Positions 39,047 through 52,984 of a stretch of DNA of 64,000 nucleotides are shown here, piece by piece. The stretch comes from Octopus vulgaris (Eukaryota), in assembly GCA_951406725.2 (NCBI GenBank), contig OX597814.1, positions 96,720,001 through 96,784,000 of the forward strand, given 5' to 3'. The notes beneath the pieces were generated by a model. The model was not told the origin of the DNA. It did no database searches and worked only from the letters and a program-made list of their open reading frames with translations. Numbering within the stretch: the stretch's first letter is position 1; every line of letters begins with the position of its first letter. A program made the translations under genes and the position numbers.

Positions 39047-39700
39047 TGGTGTGCTGGCAGAATTGTTAGCACGCTGGGTGAAATGTTTCGCAGCATTTCA
39101 TCCGTTTATATGTTCTGAGTTCAAATTCTGCCGAGGTCGACTTTACCTTTCATCCTTTTAGGGTTGATCAATTAAGTACCAGTGAAATACTGGGTTCGGT
39201 GTAATCTACTTAACCTCCGCCCGCCAAATTTCAAGCTTTGTGCCTTCAGCCGCAATGGTTGTTATCATTATTATTACGGTGGCGAGCTTGCGGAGTCGTT
39301 AGAATGCCAGACAAAGTGCTTTACAGCATCTCGTTCGTCTTTACGTTCTGAACTCAAATTCCGCCGAGGCCATCTGTGCCTTTCGTCCTTTTGGGGTCGA
39401 TAAAATAAGTACCGGTGAAACACTGAGGTCGATGTAATCGACTATTCCCACTCCTCAAAAATATCAGGCCATGAGCCTGTTGTAGAAAGGACAGAATCGG
39501 GAGAACGCCGGAAAAAATTTTTTTTGCAGTATTGCTGCTGGCTCACTAAGTACTGATTTCTAACCTGACCGAGGTCAACTTTGCTTTTTATCTTTCCGGA
39601 GTCGATAAAATAAGTAAATAACAGTCTAGTATAAAAGTCAAAGGATATAGATTAACTCTTCCCTTCAAAATTATTGGCCTTCTGAATATATCTGAAATAA
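39047..39700 (+). mobile_element. Three consecutive diverged SINE family A copies
   Basis: Bodies at ~39047-39255, 39278-39490, 39492-39700. Confidence 0.82.
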
Positions 39701-40429
39701 GTTATTATCATCATTATCATTATTGTTTTCATACTTCAAAATAGGTGATGGTGAATATTTTTTTAGGACGGTGTATCAAAATTTTAATCTCTATAATAAG
39801 TATGTTATTGTAGTGCCTTTGTCTTAGTTAAATGCTTGTAGATAAGCTTTTTATAGCATAATATCACAGTGAGATTTTCCTTTTAATGTCCATTACGTGT
39901 CATTTAAAAGCCTACATCGTATCACTGCTGTCACGCATAGCAAAGCTGTCTGGTCACTACTTAAATATACAGTATCCAAATTTCGATTATAAATTTCGAT
40001 TTCTTTCTAGCAAACGCGTAATTTCTTCATTTCAGGAAATCAGTCCTTGGGTACACTTCTTCAAATGGCGAACAATTTACACTTTCCTATGCAATTCTTA
40101 TGTTTGAATTAACCATATATTTTCAGTAAACTTCAACACTTCCCCCTTCAGTTTCATTAATGTGTTTCATCATTTTCAAAGCAGACCTTCATAAATAATA
40201 ATTTTCACTTTTCTATGAAAGTTTTTCAATATTTAGCCAATCCTTTTCAAGAAGGTTCCCTCAGTTCAGGAGCTGTAACTTTAACGAAGGAAATAGTTGA
40301 CATGAATTAATAAAGGCTTGAATGAAAATTACTGTTTAATGAAATTATTACTTTTAGCGAAATAAATATTAAATGAATTTGATTAATGAATTGCTAACTA
40401 GAAAGATAATGCTTTACCCAGACGGTTGT

Positions 40430-40556
40430 GGAAAGGAGAGCAAGACGGCAGTAGGAGAAAGGAAAGCAAGATGGCGGTAGGGGAAAGGAGAGCATGATGG
40501 TGGTAGAGGAAAGGAGAGCAAGATGGTGGTAGGGGAAAGGAGAGCAAACTGGCGGT
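40430..40556 (+). repeat. Minisatellite, ~4.5 copies of ggaaaggagagcaagatggYggtagg (~27 bp)
   Basis: Direct reading. Confidence 0.9.
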
Positions 40557-40699
40557 TAGTTTAGTATAGTGGTAGTGGTGGTAGAAGTAGTTATTACTGT
40601 ACTGGTGAAGTTAATGATGGAGATAGTTGTGGTAGAGGTTATGGTGATAATTAATGTGGTATTGGTGGTCGATGAACAAACGAAGAAAAACAATAATCA

Positions 40700-41100
40700 T
40701 GCTATGGTGGTAACATGAAGATGGTGTTGGCAGGTTTTCAAACCTTGAGACAATGCAGTCCCTGACCATAAAGCCAACTCCCTCAGAATAGAGTCTTTTA
40801 ATCTCTGGCTTACAGGACCAGTAAACGCCATGTTCTTGAATGCTGCCTTGCTCTTTATATTGAACGTCACTAAGAGCAGTAATGTCAACCAGAACGAACA
40901 GTCGTTCCAGACTATCATTGTCTGCTGCATGAATATTGTCCCGGTTCTTCAGCTTGCAAACTTTAGTTTCTGTACAGCTTGTAAGACTATATGCCTTTTA
41001 TTTGACTGAACTTCACGATGAATGTTGGGTGCGGCTAGCCAGCTGGACGGAAAGATGGGAATGAGCTTTAGTTAGTACATCTTTTCTAAGGTTCTCAATA
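40700..41100 (-). pseudogene. RTE LINE endonuclease N-terminal remnant
   Basis: KLKFAS*, LVTFNI, GVGFMVRDCIVSRFENLP on the minus strand. Confidence 0.6.
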
Positions 41101-41924
41101 TGGAGCAAATAGTGTTGTTCATTGAGAAGGCTACTTCATTGTTCAGGAAGCTGCCGAATGATGTCATAGTCTCTAGCGTCAACGTCACATGAATCATATA
41201 TCCGAACCGACTGCATTCAGTATCAGATATGCGCTTCCCCTTAACATCTCCCACCTACTGTTTCTGCCTCTTTCTTATTGCTTCAAGGCTTGATTAATGG
41301 TCGATGGGGATGGTCGAAGATGTGGTGAGGATGACCTTCGACTTGCGCAATTGAAACTTTTAGGTAGATTGTTGTGGGCATACCATTGACTGTAAACACT
41401 GCACACAAGATCCATCTGCCATGACTAAGCTGTTGCTGTATTAATGGGTTTGTCAGGTCGCATGTTTAACGTCGGAGAGTCTTTGACCAATGAGTCCGAA
41501 CGGTGAAGATTTTGCCAACTACGGCCGAATATTCGGTCTCGTCATGGCATAGAAAACAACGTAATCGGGGTCAGTGATATAAAAGTATCACTACGAAGAC
41601 AGGAATGTAGAAGAGACCGTTTCTTGTCACTTCTCTTCGAAAGTCATACAATGGCCACTCAGAGTTCACTACATCAGAAAAGAATGTATTGCACGCAAAC
41701 TTAAAATATATACAGTGTATAAACACTGTATATATTTTATTAGCTCATAATAGAGCCTGAGGACTGCGTGAAAGCACCAAACGTGTGATAAAATGTTGTC
41801 TGTGTTGCTTTTCATCGCATGAAACTCTTAATAACTCATAAGAATATACACTATGTTTGGAAATTTTACCGGTGAGTGTTAAATTATAAGGCACTAAAAA
41901 GAATGACTCTCTCCAGACACAACA

Positions 41925-41987
<63 letters not shown>

Positions 41988-42040
41988 ATCGCATATAATA
42001 TATCAATCGCATATACATATATATACATATATACATATAT

Positions 42041-42219
42041 ATCAATCTAAATACACAACCGAAAGAGCTACTAATAGTTTCTTGCAATTATGATACTTGA
42101 ACAGGCATGTATCTTAAAGATTGCTTTAAGATACATGACGTATTTTATAAATATGCCTGCTCAAGTATCATAATAGCATGAAACTATTAATAACTCTTTT
42201 AGTCTTGTATTTAAATTGA
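42041..42219. repeat. Nested fold-back element
   Basis: Outer tcaatctaaataca..tatgatacttgaacaggcat versus atgcctgctcaagtatcata..tgtatttaaattga; inner catgtatcttaaag-attg-ctttaagatacatg. Confidence 0.88.
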
Positions 42220-42300
42220 TATTTATCTCTCACTGGATGAAGTACTTTTTTGTTGATTCTATCTCTGTTGGATCTTTATACTATATCTATATTTATCTAC

Positions 42301-42409
<109 letters not shown>

Positions 42410-43309
42410 GTGAAAAATTAGCAAATGCATACTAGATAGAATTATACCTCAAATCAGAAACAAAGTTAAGCTCCCTCTGTGGAGCTCGTTTGGGGATGTA
42501 ATTACATGGTTTAACTCCATAGTAGATAAAGAACATACCCAGTTCATACAATTTAACATCAACTATCCTTCTAAATAAAGCATTAATATTTGCTCGCAAT
42601 TTCGTCAACATTTCTAGGTCAGACATAGGTATATTAGCTACAAGGAAGACTTTAATAAACTTTAATGGACATAATTGGTTTAGATCTGATTCAATGGATT
42701 GTTTTAACATAACCATGGGATCACTAGACTCGGCTCAGATAACTGATTTAGTAGGCTTATATATCTTGTTCCAAATAATGGATAGTTTCCCTAATTTACC
42801 GGGTGGCTTATATATAGATGACGCGCTCTTTGCTACTAACGGTTTATCCAAACCGAGAATAGACAGGATTAAGAAATCATTAAGAAGATACCTCCTAGAA
42901 TTCTTTAACCTTAATATAGTATATTATATGAACACTAAAGTTATGAATTTCCTAGATGTCACTTTAGATCTTAATACTAAACTTTATTATCGATATAAAA
43001 AGCCCAATCAGGTAATACAATATATTAATGTTTCCTCAAATCATTCTAAAACTGCCATTAACAGTTTAGTCACAGCTATATCGATAAGTATCTCCAATCT
43101 TATGACTAATGAGGATATATAGTGCGCATGCACCCGTTTATAAGCAAGCCTTAAAATTAAGTGGCTTTAGCAATCAAATTTACTATATACCCGATTCTAA
43201 ACTTAAAACAAAGCTATCTAATAATAGTAACTCTGATTCGAACTTAACTAATACGCCACTGAAAAATGCAAGTATAATTAAGCCTTCAGGTAATTATAAT
43301 TATATTAAA

Positions 43310-44217
43310 CTAGCAGTATCGCCCGGCGTTGCTCGGGTTTGTAAGGGAAATAACTATAAAGCATTTTTAGAGAGTTATAGCCAAAAAATAGCAAAAAAAT
43401 GCATTAAAAATGGAAAAAAAATTATAGTAAATTTTTTTTAATCGTTGACTCATCGTAGACATTTTTAGAGAGTTACTTCCCTTATATAATAGCAAAAAAT
43501 GCATTAAAATGGAAAAAAATGATGGTAAATTATTTTTAAAATCGTAGACTCATCGTAGACGCGCGCTAATACCCAGAAGAGCTCGATATGAATCACGACT
43601 ATAAGATACCCGGTTTTGGTTAAACTGCACCGCAAAAAATGGGAGTAGTTAGGAATCTAAATCGTAGGAGACAGACATACAACTTCACTTTTATATATAA
43701 AGATTTGTGCAACAACTAAAACATTCGGTTGTGCAAATTGTTTGCACAGGAAACCAGCCCTGTGTGGCGGTTTTTGCCGTTTTTGTGGATCTGTTTCAGC
43801 TTTTTTAGCGATTTCTGTTTTGGCGACTTCAAGCCATGAAGCCGTTGTTCTAAAAGAACGCTGGTCTCCTTGACAACGCTTTACGACGTTGATTTCCTTA
43901 CACTCCCTTCCACACAGCTTCACGAGGGAGGGAAGAAGGGGGAGAAGCAACACAGGTGCAGGTGTGAGCATAGACGCCAACTCCGCCGCCATCGACACAC
44001 GAAAAAATATGCGTTAAAATGGAAAAAAATTATGGTAAATTATTTTTAAAATCGTAGACTCATCGTAGACGCGCGCTAATACCCAGACGGGTTTGATATG
44101 AATCACGACTATAAGATACCCGAATTTGGTTAAACTGCACCGGAAAATGTGGGAGTAGTTAGGAATCTAAATCGTAGGAGACAGACACTCACACAACTTC
44201 ACTTTTATATATATAGA
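43310..44217 (-). mobile_element. Non-autonomous Helitron, composite with two 5' ends
   Basis: CTAG+hairpin at 43310-43337; TC-type 5' ends at ~43703 and 44217; inserted at A|T. Confidence 0.92.
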
Positions 44218-44784
44218 TATAATAAAATAGGCCCCAGCAATAAGAATAAATACTCTACTCAAGAACATGATATATCTAAACAGTATAAATCTAGGAAGCG
44301 CGAAGTAATTTGGTTTGCCACTCCATTTAGCTAAAAATCTACCTAAACTATTTTTTCAAAATCCTAAAACATAATTTTCTAAAACATCATAAATACCATC
44401 CAATATGCAATAAATCTTCTATAAAATTTTCTTATTCCACAATGCCAAATTTGGGATCAATTATAGCATTCATAAATAAGAACAAAATCAAATATCCAAC
44501 TTCCACAACCGTTAACACTGATAGGAAACCTAGTATAAATAATATAAGTATATACGGAACACCTAATTCATATAATTCAACATCAAATAAAAGTAACTCC
44601 AATACGTCGGTTGCCTGGAATAATGGAAACCCGCCCCAAAAAATATAGATAATAGCAAAAATAAATTAGGGAAAACATGTAACTGTAGAAAAATTGATTT
44701 ATGCCCGCTTGAAAGATTTTGCCTTCGTAAAAATGTAGTATACAAATGTACAGTAGTGTCAGATAAATATCAGGCTAGAACATA

Positions 44785-46074
44785 TAGGGGTTGGACAAAA
44801 TAATGGAAATACCTTAAAATTTCAAACAAATTTATTTCAATATGAGGTAGGACCGCCTTTGGCAGTAATTACTGCTTGAATTCTACGAGGTATGGACTCG
44901 TACAAAGTTTTAATTATTTCCAACGGAATTTTTGTCCATTCTTCAGCTAAAACAGTCTCCAGTTCTTGTAGTGATGTTGGTGGAGGATATCGACTCCTTA
45001 GTTGTTTTTCTAAAATGCACCATAAATGTTCAATAATATTAAGATCTGTAGGCTGTGGTGGCCAGATAAGATGTTCAACTTCACTAGAATATTCCTCGTG
45101 CCGTTCAGTAACAACTTTAGCTGTGTAAATTGGTGCATTATCATCCTGAAAAGTTGCGTTTCCCTACAGAAATAGTTTCGCAACCATACGATGAATTTGA
45201 TTAGATAAAATGCTTAAATAGCCTTGACTAATTAATTCTGCAATGAAGGGAAACCATTGAGCCGGCGGATTTCCAAGATATAGCCCACCCCACCCCACCC
45301 ACCCACCAGATCATCACAGATCCTCCTCCATGTTTAACTGTTCGAAGAACGTAGTCTGGATCAAATGCTTCTTTTGCATGTATCCACACGTATATCGGCC
45401 GGTGATCGGAAATAAGGTAACGGATGACTCGTTCGAGAAAATAACATTCTTCCAATGCTCTAGGGACCAATTCTGTAGGTTTTTACTCCACTCTAAACGC
45501 TTTGCAACGTTTTTGAAAGTAGTGGTTTACTGATTGCAGTCCTCCCGTGAAATCCGGCTTTGTGCAGTTCCCGGCGAACGGTTTTTGTGGAAACTGGGTT
45601 ATCGAGTTGGTCATTAAGCTCTGCAGTAATTTTGGGAGCTGTACTTTTGTGATCCTTTCTAACAGTTCGCGTAAGAGTCTGACTGTCCCTATCTGAAAGT
45701 TTTGGTTTCCTTCCGGAGTTTTATTTCGACGAGGAGGTTTTTTCCGTCTTTCTCAAAGGCTGTCATTACTTTCGAGACAGTACTTCTTGATACACCAAAC
45801 ATTTCGGCTGTTTTTGTTATGCTAGCGCCTGCCATACGAGAACCAACAATTTGACCTCTTTGAAAATCCGATAGATCTATCATTTTAATGAATTTTAATT
45901 ACCTTTTTCTGATGATATCTGAAAAGAAACAGCTTTTTTAGCCAAACATATTAAACAACACTAATAATAAATAAAAAAAAACATATAAATAAACAAGCTT
46001 TTGACGGTTTTATAGATATTTCAAAATTATGATGCTATAATGCTAGGTGCTTCCATTATTTTGTCCAACCCCTG
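44785..46074 (-). mobile_element. Full-length Tc1 (DD34E) transposon, frameshifted
   Basis: TIR aggggttggacaaaataatggaa on both ends, TA flanks; MIDLSDFQRGQIVG, TVKHGGGSVMIW, FQDDNAP, DLNIIEHLW. Confidence 0.95.
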
Positions 46075-46711
46075 TATTTAGGTAGTACTGTTGAATTCAG
46101 AAAAAGATATAGAACTCATTTAAATTCATTTACGAACATTAAATATAAAAATTCTATTACTTTAGCCTCATATATATATATATACATAATTTAAGGAATA
46201 ACAACATTAATTATAAAATTTCTTAGTTTATAATAGCAAACTCCCTCCCTTATAATGCTACAACAAATACAATTTATGCATTAGAGAATCGTACATTATT
46301 CTTAAATTATGCAATTCGGGCACATTAAATAAATTCTCTGATACCATTCACTCATATACTCATAAATTTCACTCATATTTCATGAAGCTCTATAAGACGA
46401 GATATAAGGAATGAAGCATTTGGCTGCCCTGCTTCTTCCTCTATTACTAATTAAGTATTCCCAGAATTGATTGGAAAATCGACCTTTCATTCTTTATTCT
46501 GCCATCATCCTTCAGTTGCCATTTTTTACACAATTTAATTCTTCCGTCATCCTTCACTATAGGTTTCCTTCGTACGGTACGTATGAATCATCATAAAAGT
46601 GATTGCTATCTGATGGAGTAGCTGATGACTAACGTAAAGTAACCAAAAATTTCCTTTCTTTCTTTCCTTTCTCTTATATGCCTTCAAACTTGATTAATTA
46701 TCTATTTACTT

Positions 46712-46794
46712 ATTCCTGATGAAGGAGACATATCAGTGTGAATCTAAAGGATTCAGACCTGCAGACCAATGGACTCTAGAAACGGCTGTCGAAT
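46712..46794 (+). ncRNA. Type I hammerhead motif with enlarged stem II in the Penelope 3' pLTR
   Basis: attc CTGATGA a ggag..(tgaatc-taaag-gattca)..ctct a GAAA C-ggct-G TC gaat; GTC cleavage triplet, stem I attc/gaat. Confidence 0.7.
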
Positions 46795-47077
46795 TGCTTC
46801 ATATTGACGTTATAACCCTCTAAAAAACATTTCTTACACTTCGGAACTCTTCTAAACTTTAAAATCCATAATTCGGATTTCCCACTATTGCCGATATATT
46901 TTATAACTTTTAATCCTTATTCCAACGTCTTTCAACCTTAAATTTAAATTCAATATGATTTTTAATCGATATATCAACCTTTATTTATTTACCCTTTTAT
47001 GTACGTTTTTACCTCATATAACTCTTATTTCTTTATAAATAATACATAAATATGTTACTTGTCATGTAATTTTCTAT

Positions 47078-47109
<32 letters not shown>

Positions 47110-47498
47110 TGCATGTATGTATGTATGTATGTATGTATGTATGTATGTATGTATGTATGTACTATATACATATTAATATATAGTGCCCAATACCGTCATT
47201 AGTTGACGGTATTGGGTATTGAAGAGAGTGACTTAACCACTTCTGCTGTGCCTGGGATGTTTCTAGAAGCAAGCGCCTAGCCCCGAATACGCTGACCACC
47301 TCTCCACTCATGGATTCGCCACTAAGGAAAGAGAAATCAATACGTGCGCAACATCCATGGAACTGCAGAATATGCCAGATATTGGTTACATAAAACTGCA
47401 CGTATCTGGCATAACGTACCTCCCTCCGGATTTTCTGTAGAGGTTTACTCCCTTAACCTTTTTAAAAAGCACGTCAAATTACCCGGACGTAGTTAGTC

Positions 47499-47553
<55 letters not shown>

Positions 47554-47943
47554 CTTCAAACTTATACTGTTCTGGTGCATCAAGTGTCAGGAGCGCATTT
47601 GTTTTCAGGATACACAATTTGCATGGAGTTACCATCTCTTAGACGAACAGTTAAAGAGCTGAAGTGCCACATCTCTCCTGGGCCCTTTAATTTATGTGTC
47701 ATCTTCCGGAAGCAATTCCGTGACATACTAATTAGCCTAATTACTTAATAGCTGGGATTCTGACAGATGCCACGACTCCGGGTCACATTAGGCCTGAAAG
47801 TTATAGTGGTTAAGAGGCATTTCAATTCCCCTCGAAAACTTGGAACTCTCGAAACCAGGGCCCTAGCCGGATGCATTTTAAAGCTATATCTAGGACATAT
47901 GTGCTTGTGTATGCATATGCATCTTTGTGTGTGCGTGTGTAAC

Positions 47944-48161
47944 TAATGTTTGTTGCCACTTCAATATGGCCGTTCCGTACGGACCGACGTTACTGCCATT
48001 TTTAATCCCAAGAGGATACCTCCACTAGCTGGTTATCGTTGAAATCTACACCTAATATAGATTGCTTGCAATATATATCGGGTGCAGATATATATCTCGT
48101 TAAAAATGGTAGAAACGTCGGTCCGTACGAAACAGCCATGTTGAAGTGGCGACAAACATTA
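47944..48161. repeat. Fold-back element
   Basis: taatgtttgttgccacttcaa..cgtacggaccgacgtt..ccatttttaa versus ttaaaaatgg..aacgtcggtccgtacg..ttgaagtggcgacaaacatta. Confidence 0.9.
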
Positions 48162-48347
48162 CTTCTCAGTATGATTATTATTTTCATATAGAAATTTTCT
48201 AACTAGCTACTTTGTTTATACATACATACATACATACATACATACATACATACATACACACACATACACACATACACACACATACACACATACACACACA
48301 TACACACATACACACATACATACATACATACATACATACATACATAC

Positions 48348-48405
<58 letters not shown>

Positions 48406-48406
48406 T

Positions 48407-48469
<63 letters not shown>

Positions 48470-48766
48470 GAAACATACAGTGTACATTTAAACACATAAG
48501 AGATGGCCACTAATAGAACATCTGACTCACTAGAAAGAGCAGTTAAAACTCCAAGTCACTAATAGTTGCAATTCCGAAAGGGAATGAAAAATAAAAACAT
48601 TTACCCTATTTTTTCTGGACTATGCATAGTTTCTGCAATCTTATATAAATTAAAATAAAATAATTTTAATTTACATCTGACGTTGCTTCGTCAGCAGGAT
48701 ACCGGGGATCAACATATAGACACGAGGCGATAAGTAACATGCCTCGTGGCTATGTGTTATAATTAT

Positions 48767-48822
<56 letters not shown>

Positions 48823-48937
48823 TGTATATGTACATCTATATATGTATGTATATATGTTAATGTATGCGTCTCTGTGCATGTATTTATATGTTTGTATATT
48901 TGTGTGTATATGTGTATATGTATACATATGCAAGTAC

Positions 48938-49015
<78 letters not shown>

Positions 49016-49445
49016 TTATAATAATAGTTTCAAATTTTGCCACAAGGGCAGCCATTTTGGGGGAGGGGATGCGTCTATTATCTCGACCTCATTGTTCAAC
49101 TGGTACTTATTTTATCGACCCCGAAAATAATAATATCCAGGGATTCATCGCTCTTTCTACCGTTGTCTGTCTCTGGATATGTATATGCATATATAAGTAT
49201 GTATGAACGTAAATGTATATATACACATTATATATACATATGTATATACATATTACTTACATATGCATATACTTGTCCAGAGACAGACATGTGTATGCAT
49301 ATATGTGTATGTGTATATATATATACATTAGATAAAGATATTTACGGCCGGTTTATGGTGTTACCCTGGGTTTCACGTCTAAAAGCGCTTAGCTTTCAAG
49401 CGATTCTTCATACCCTAATGGCCAATTGACTATAACTTCTATATA

Positions 49446-50137
49446 CAGGGTGTCCCAAATTTCACTGATGGGTCTCAATTTTTAAAAACTTCCTTAACTC
49501 TAAAAATAAATGTATGAAATTTCGATACAATATTAAGGACATAATGGAAATTAATATGCACAAGTCAAATTTTGCAACACCACTACATCGCTTAAATAAC
49601 AGCCATTCTAAGCTTCGCACGCCTGTGCTCTTTCTAAAACTTGCACCATAACACCCTCAAGGGTTTCAGACTCCACTTCTCTGATTTCTCTATTGATGTT
49701 CACCTTCAGTTGCACCAGGGTTGACGTAAGCCCTCTCTTTCAGGTATCCATGACTGAGACCTTTTTTGCGACCAGCCATTCAAAGTAGACCTCAAACATG
49801 GTTCCAGCAAGATGGGGCAACCGCACAAACCGCAAGAGAAACAATGCAGTTCCTACAGCAGTGCTTTGGAGAGAGAATAATCTCCCGCTACGGCAATGTC
49901 AACTGGCCTTTATGTTCCCCAGATTTGACTAGCCCGGGTTTTTCTTGTGGTGATGCCTGAAAGAGAGGGTTTATATCAACAAACCAGAGACCCTGATGCA
50001 ACTGAAGGAGAACATCAATAGAGAAAGTGGGGTTTCCATTAGGTCCTTTATATTGAATTGAAATTTCATGCATTTGTTTTTAAAGTTAAGGAAGTTTTTA
50101 AAAATTGAAACCCATCAGTGACTTTTGGGACACCCTT
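49446..50137. mobile_element. Tc1/mariner DD41D (rosa-type) derivative, internally rearranged
   Basis: ~95-bp TIRs starting cagggtgtcccaaa; WFQQDGATAQ..WPLCSPDLTSPG with 41-residue spacing to the third catalytic position. Confidence 0.88.
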
Positions 50138-50730
50138 ATATACACGCATATAAATATAAATAAATGTGTGTGTCTGTGTGCGAGTATATGCACATGTACT
50201 ACGTATGTATGTCTAAATGTATACATGCATCCATGTACGTATAGTATGTATATATGTATGTATGCATGTAAATATGTATGTATGTGTGTTTGTATGTGTG
50301 CATGCACGCATTCAAGCATCCTTATATGCATGCGTCGTGATGCTATAGTCGCGGATATCCTACACCGTGTCCACAGAAGGACCACTCGGAGGATCGGCAA
50401 TACATTGTTCACACAAACACTTCTGTCCCTCTGCCACTACGCTGGCCGGTCTCCTACATTATACACTCAGGGTCCCCAGTCAACTGCTTTCTAAACCTCT
50501 CCTCACTTTTAATGTATCCATGCTGTTCCCCACAGGTTTTCTTCCCCATAACATCGTATTCTGGTCCATCTTCCTTCATCATGTCTTTGGCGCAGGAGCT
50601 GATTTTCAGCAGTTTAAAGCGAATATCAAAAGCATAGAGGACCTAAAATCGGCATGGTCTCTGTTCCTCCCTCAAACCTAACAAGTGTGTGTGTGTGTGT
50701 GCATGTATACACACATATATATACGGATAC

Positions 50731-50800
<70 letters not shown>

Positions 50801-51075
50801 CCGTATGTATGCATATATAGTTCATATATGTATACAAATATGATACATAAGTGCATAAAATATTTCTGTTTCACTGTGTTTCTATATATACATATAAAAC
50901 TTACTGATGTATGTATACATGATAGATACATGCATGCATATATATTATATAAATATATATATATGAATATATATTATATATATACATATATGTATATGTA
51001 TTTATGTATGTATGTAAGTTTGCTTAACATGCATAGACGTATTTATGTATATCAGGCGCACGTATATATTATATA

Positions 51076-51114
<39 letters not shown>

Positions 51115-51122
51115 TTATATAT

Positions 51123-51204
51123 ATATAGAAGGAGCTTCTACAGGACTCTTCTGAAGATTTCATCGGAATGAAACAGTTCTAGTCCTGTAGAAGCTCCTTC
51201 TATA
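51123..51204. repeat. Perfect ~24-bp inverted repeat enclosing a hammerhead-like core
   Basis: tatagaaggagcttctacaggact / agtcctgtagaagctccttctata around ctt CTGAAGA tttc-atcg-gaat GAAACAGTT ct. Confidence 0.85.
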
Positions 51205-51277
51205 AAATAAATTACTTTACTCTGCTATGTATTGAGTACCTTATTTACTGTGGTTAACCCCGACTCAACCCGGGACC

Positions 51278-51327
<50 letters not shown>

Positions 51328-51411
51328 TACATATGTTTCTTATTTTACAAGATCCTTGATGTGAAATCGTGTGTTGAACCAGATAATGTTTTATATGTGT
51401 GTATGTGTATG

Positions 51412-51474
<63 letters not shown>

Positions 51475-51502
51475 TTGTATATATATATACATATATATAT
51501 AC

Positions 51503-51569
<67 letters not shown>

Positions 51570-51670
51570 ACAAAGTGAAATAGGGGTTATGAGTGTAGTT
51601 AATAAATAATATGAATTGGTAATTGTAAGTTGATGATTGAAATGAATTTGTTCCTCCATTTTCTTACTTG

Positions 51671-51777
<107 letters not shown>

Positions 51778-51898
51778 ATACATATATGTACATACGTACA
51801 TATGTATATTATATGCATGTATACATTATACATATACATATATTTATATACACACACATATATATATACAAATATACATATAAATATATACATGTATG

Positions 51899-51956
<58 letters not shown>

Positions 51957-52228
51957 TGTATATGTATTTATGTATGTATGTAAGTTTGCTTAACATGCAT
52001 AGACGTATTTATGTATATCATGCGCACGTATATATTATACATGTGCATACATATATACAAATATGCATGTATATATATATGTTTCGTTTCGTTTCTTTCC
52101 TTTCTCCCATATATATATAAAAGTACAAAGTGAGATAGGGGTTATGAGTGTAGTTAATAAATAATATGAATTGGTAATATCTGTAAGTTGATGATTGAAA
52201 TGAATTTGTTCCCCCATTTTCTTATTTG

Positions 52229-52271
<43 letters not shown>

Positions 52272-52527
52272 TACTCTCATACATATATGTACATACGTAC
52301 ATATGTATATTATATGCATGTATACATTATACATATACATATATTTATATACACATACATATATACAAATATATATATAAATATATACATGTATGAAGAT
52401 ATATATGTATATGTATTTATGTAAGTATGTATGTATGTATGTATGTATGTATGTATGTATGTATGTATGTATGTATGTATGTATGTATGCTCACATGCAT
52501 ATATATATATGTATGTATGTATATATA

Positions 52528-52820
52528 CAAGCCTTGTGAATGGATTTGGTTGACAGAAACTCAAAGAAGCCCGTCATGTATATGCGTGTGTGGGTATTTG
52601 TGGGTGTGGATGTATGTGCGTGTTTGTGTTTGTCCCCCTATCACCACTTGACAACCGATGTGGGTGTGTTTACTCCCCGTAAATTAACGGTTCGGCAAAA
52701 GAAACCGATAGAATAAGTACTAGGCTTACAAAGAATAAGTCCTGGTGTTCGATTTCTCGACTAAAGGCGGTGCTCCAGCATGGCTGCAGTCAAATGACTG
52801 AAACAAATGCCAGAATACAA
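52528..52820 (+). mobile_element. SINE family C, 5'-truncated
   Basis: Matches 61070-61397. Confidence 0.88.
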
Positions 52821-52830
52821 GAATATATTA

Positions 52831-52984
<154 letters not shown>

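Larger units (their letters stand above)
42430..46900 (+). mobile_element. Penelope-like element (RT + GIY-YIG + 3' pLTR), decayed, with nested Helitron and Tc1
   Basis: FNITMGSLDSAQITDLVGLYIL, GLYIDDAL, NFLDVTLDL, YINVSSNH, VIWFATPFS, FSYSTMPNL, CNCRK..CPL..VVYKCTV..TY|LGST..FRKRYRTH. Confidence 0.92.

Noticed and set aside
40430-40556. CRISPR-like repeats
   Set aside because: Head-to-tail minisatellite with no spacers, in eukaryotic DNA without cas genes.
48684-48705. Hammerhead on minus strand (CTGACGAagcAACGTC)
   Set aside because: Stem II and GAAA are missing; too short to distinguish from chance.
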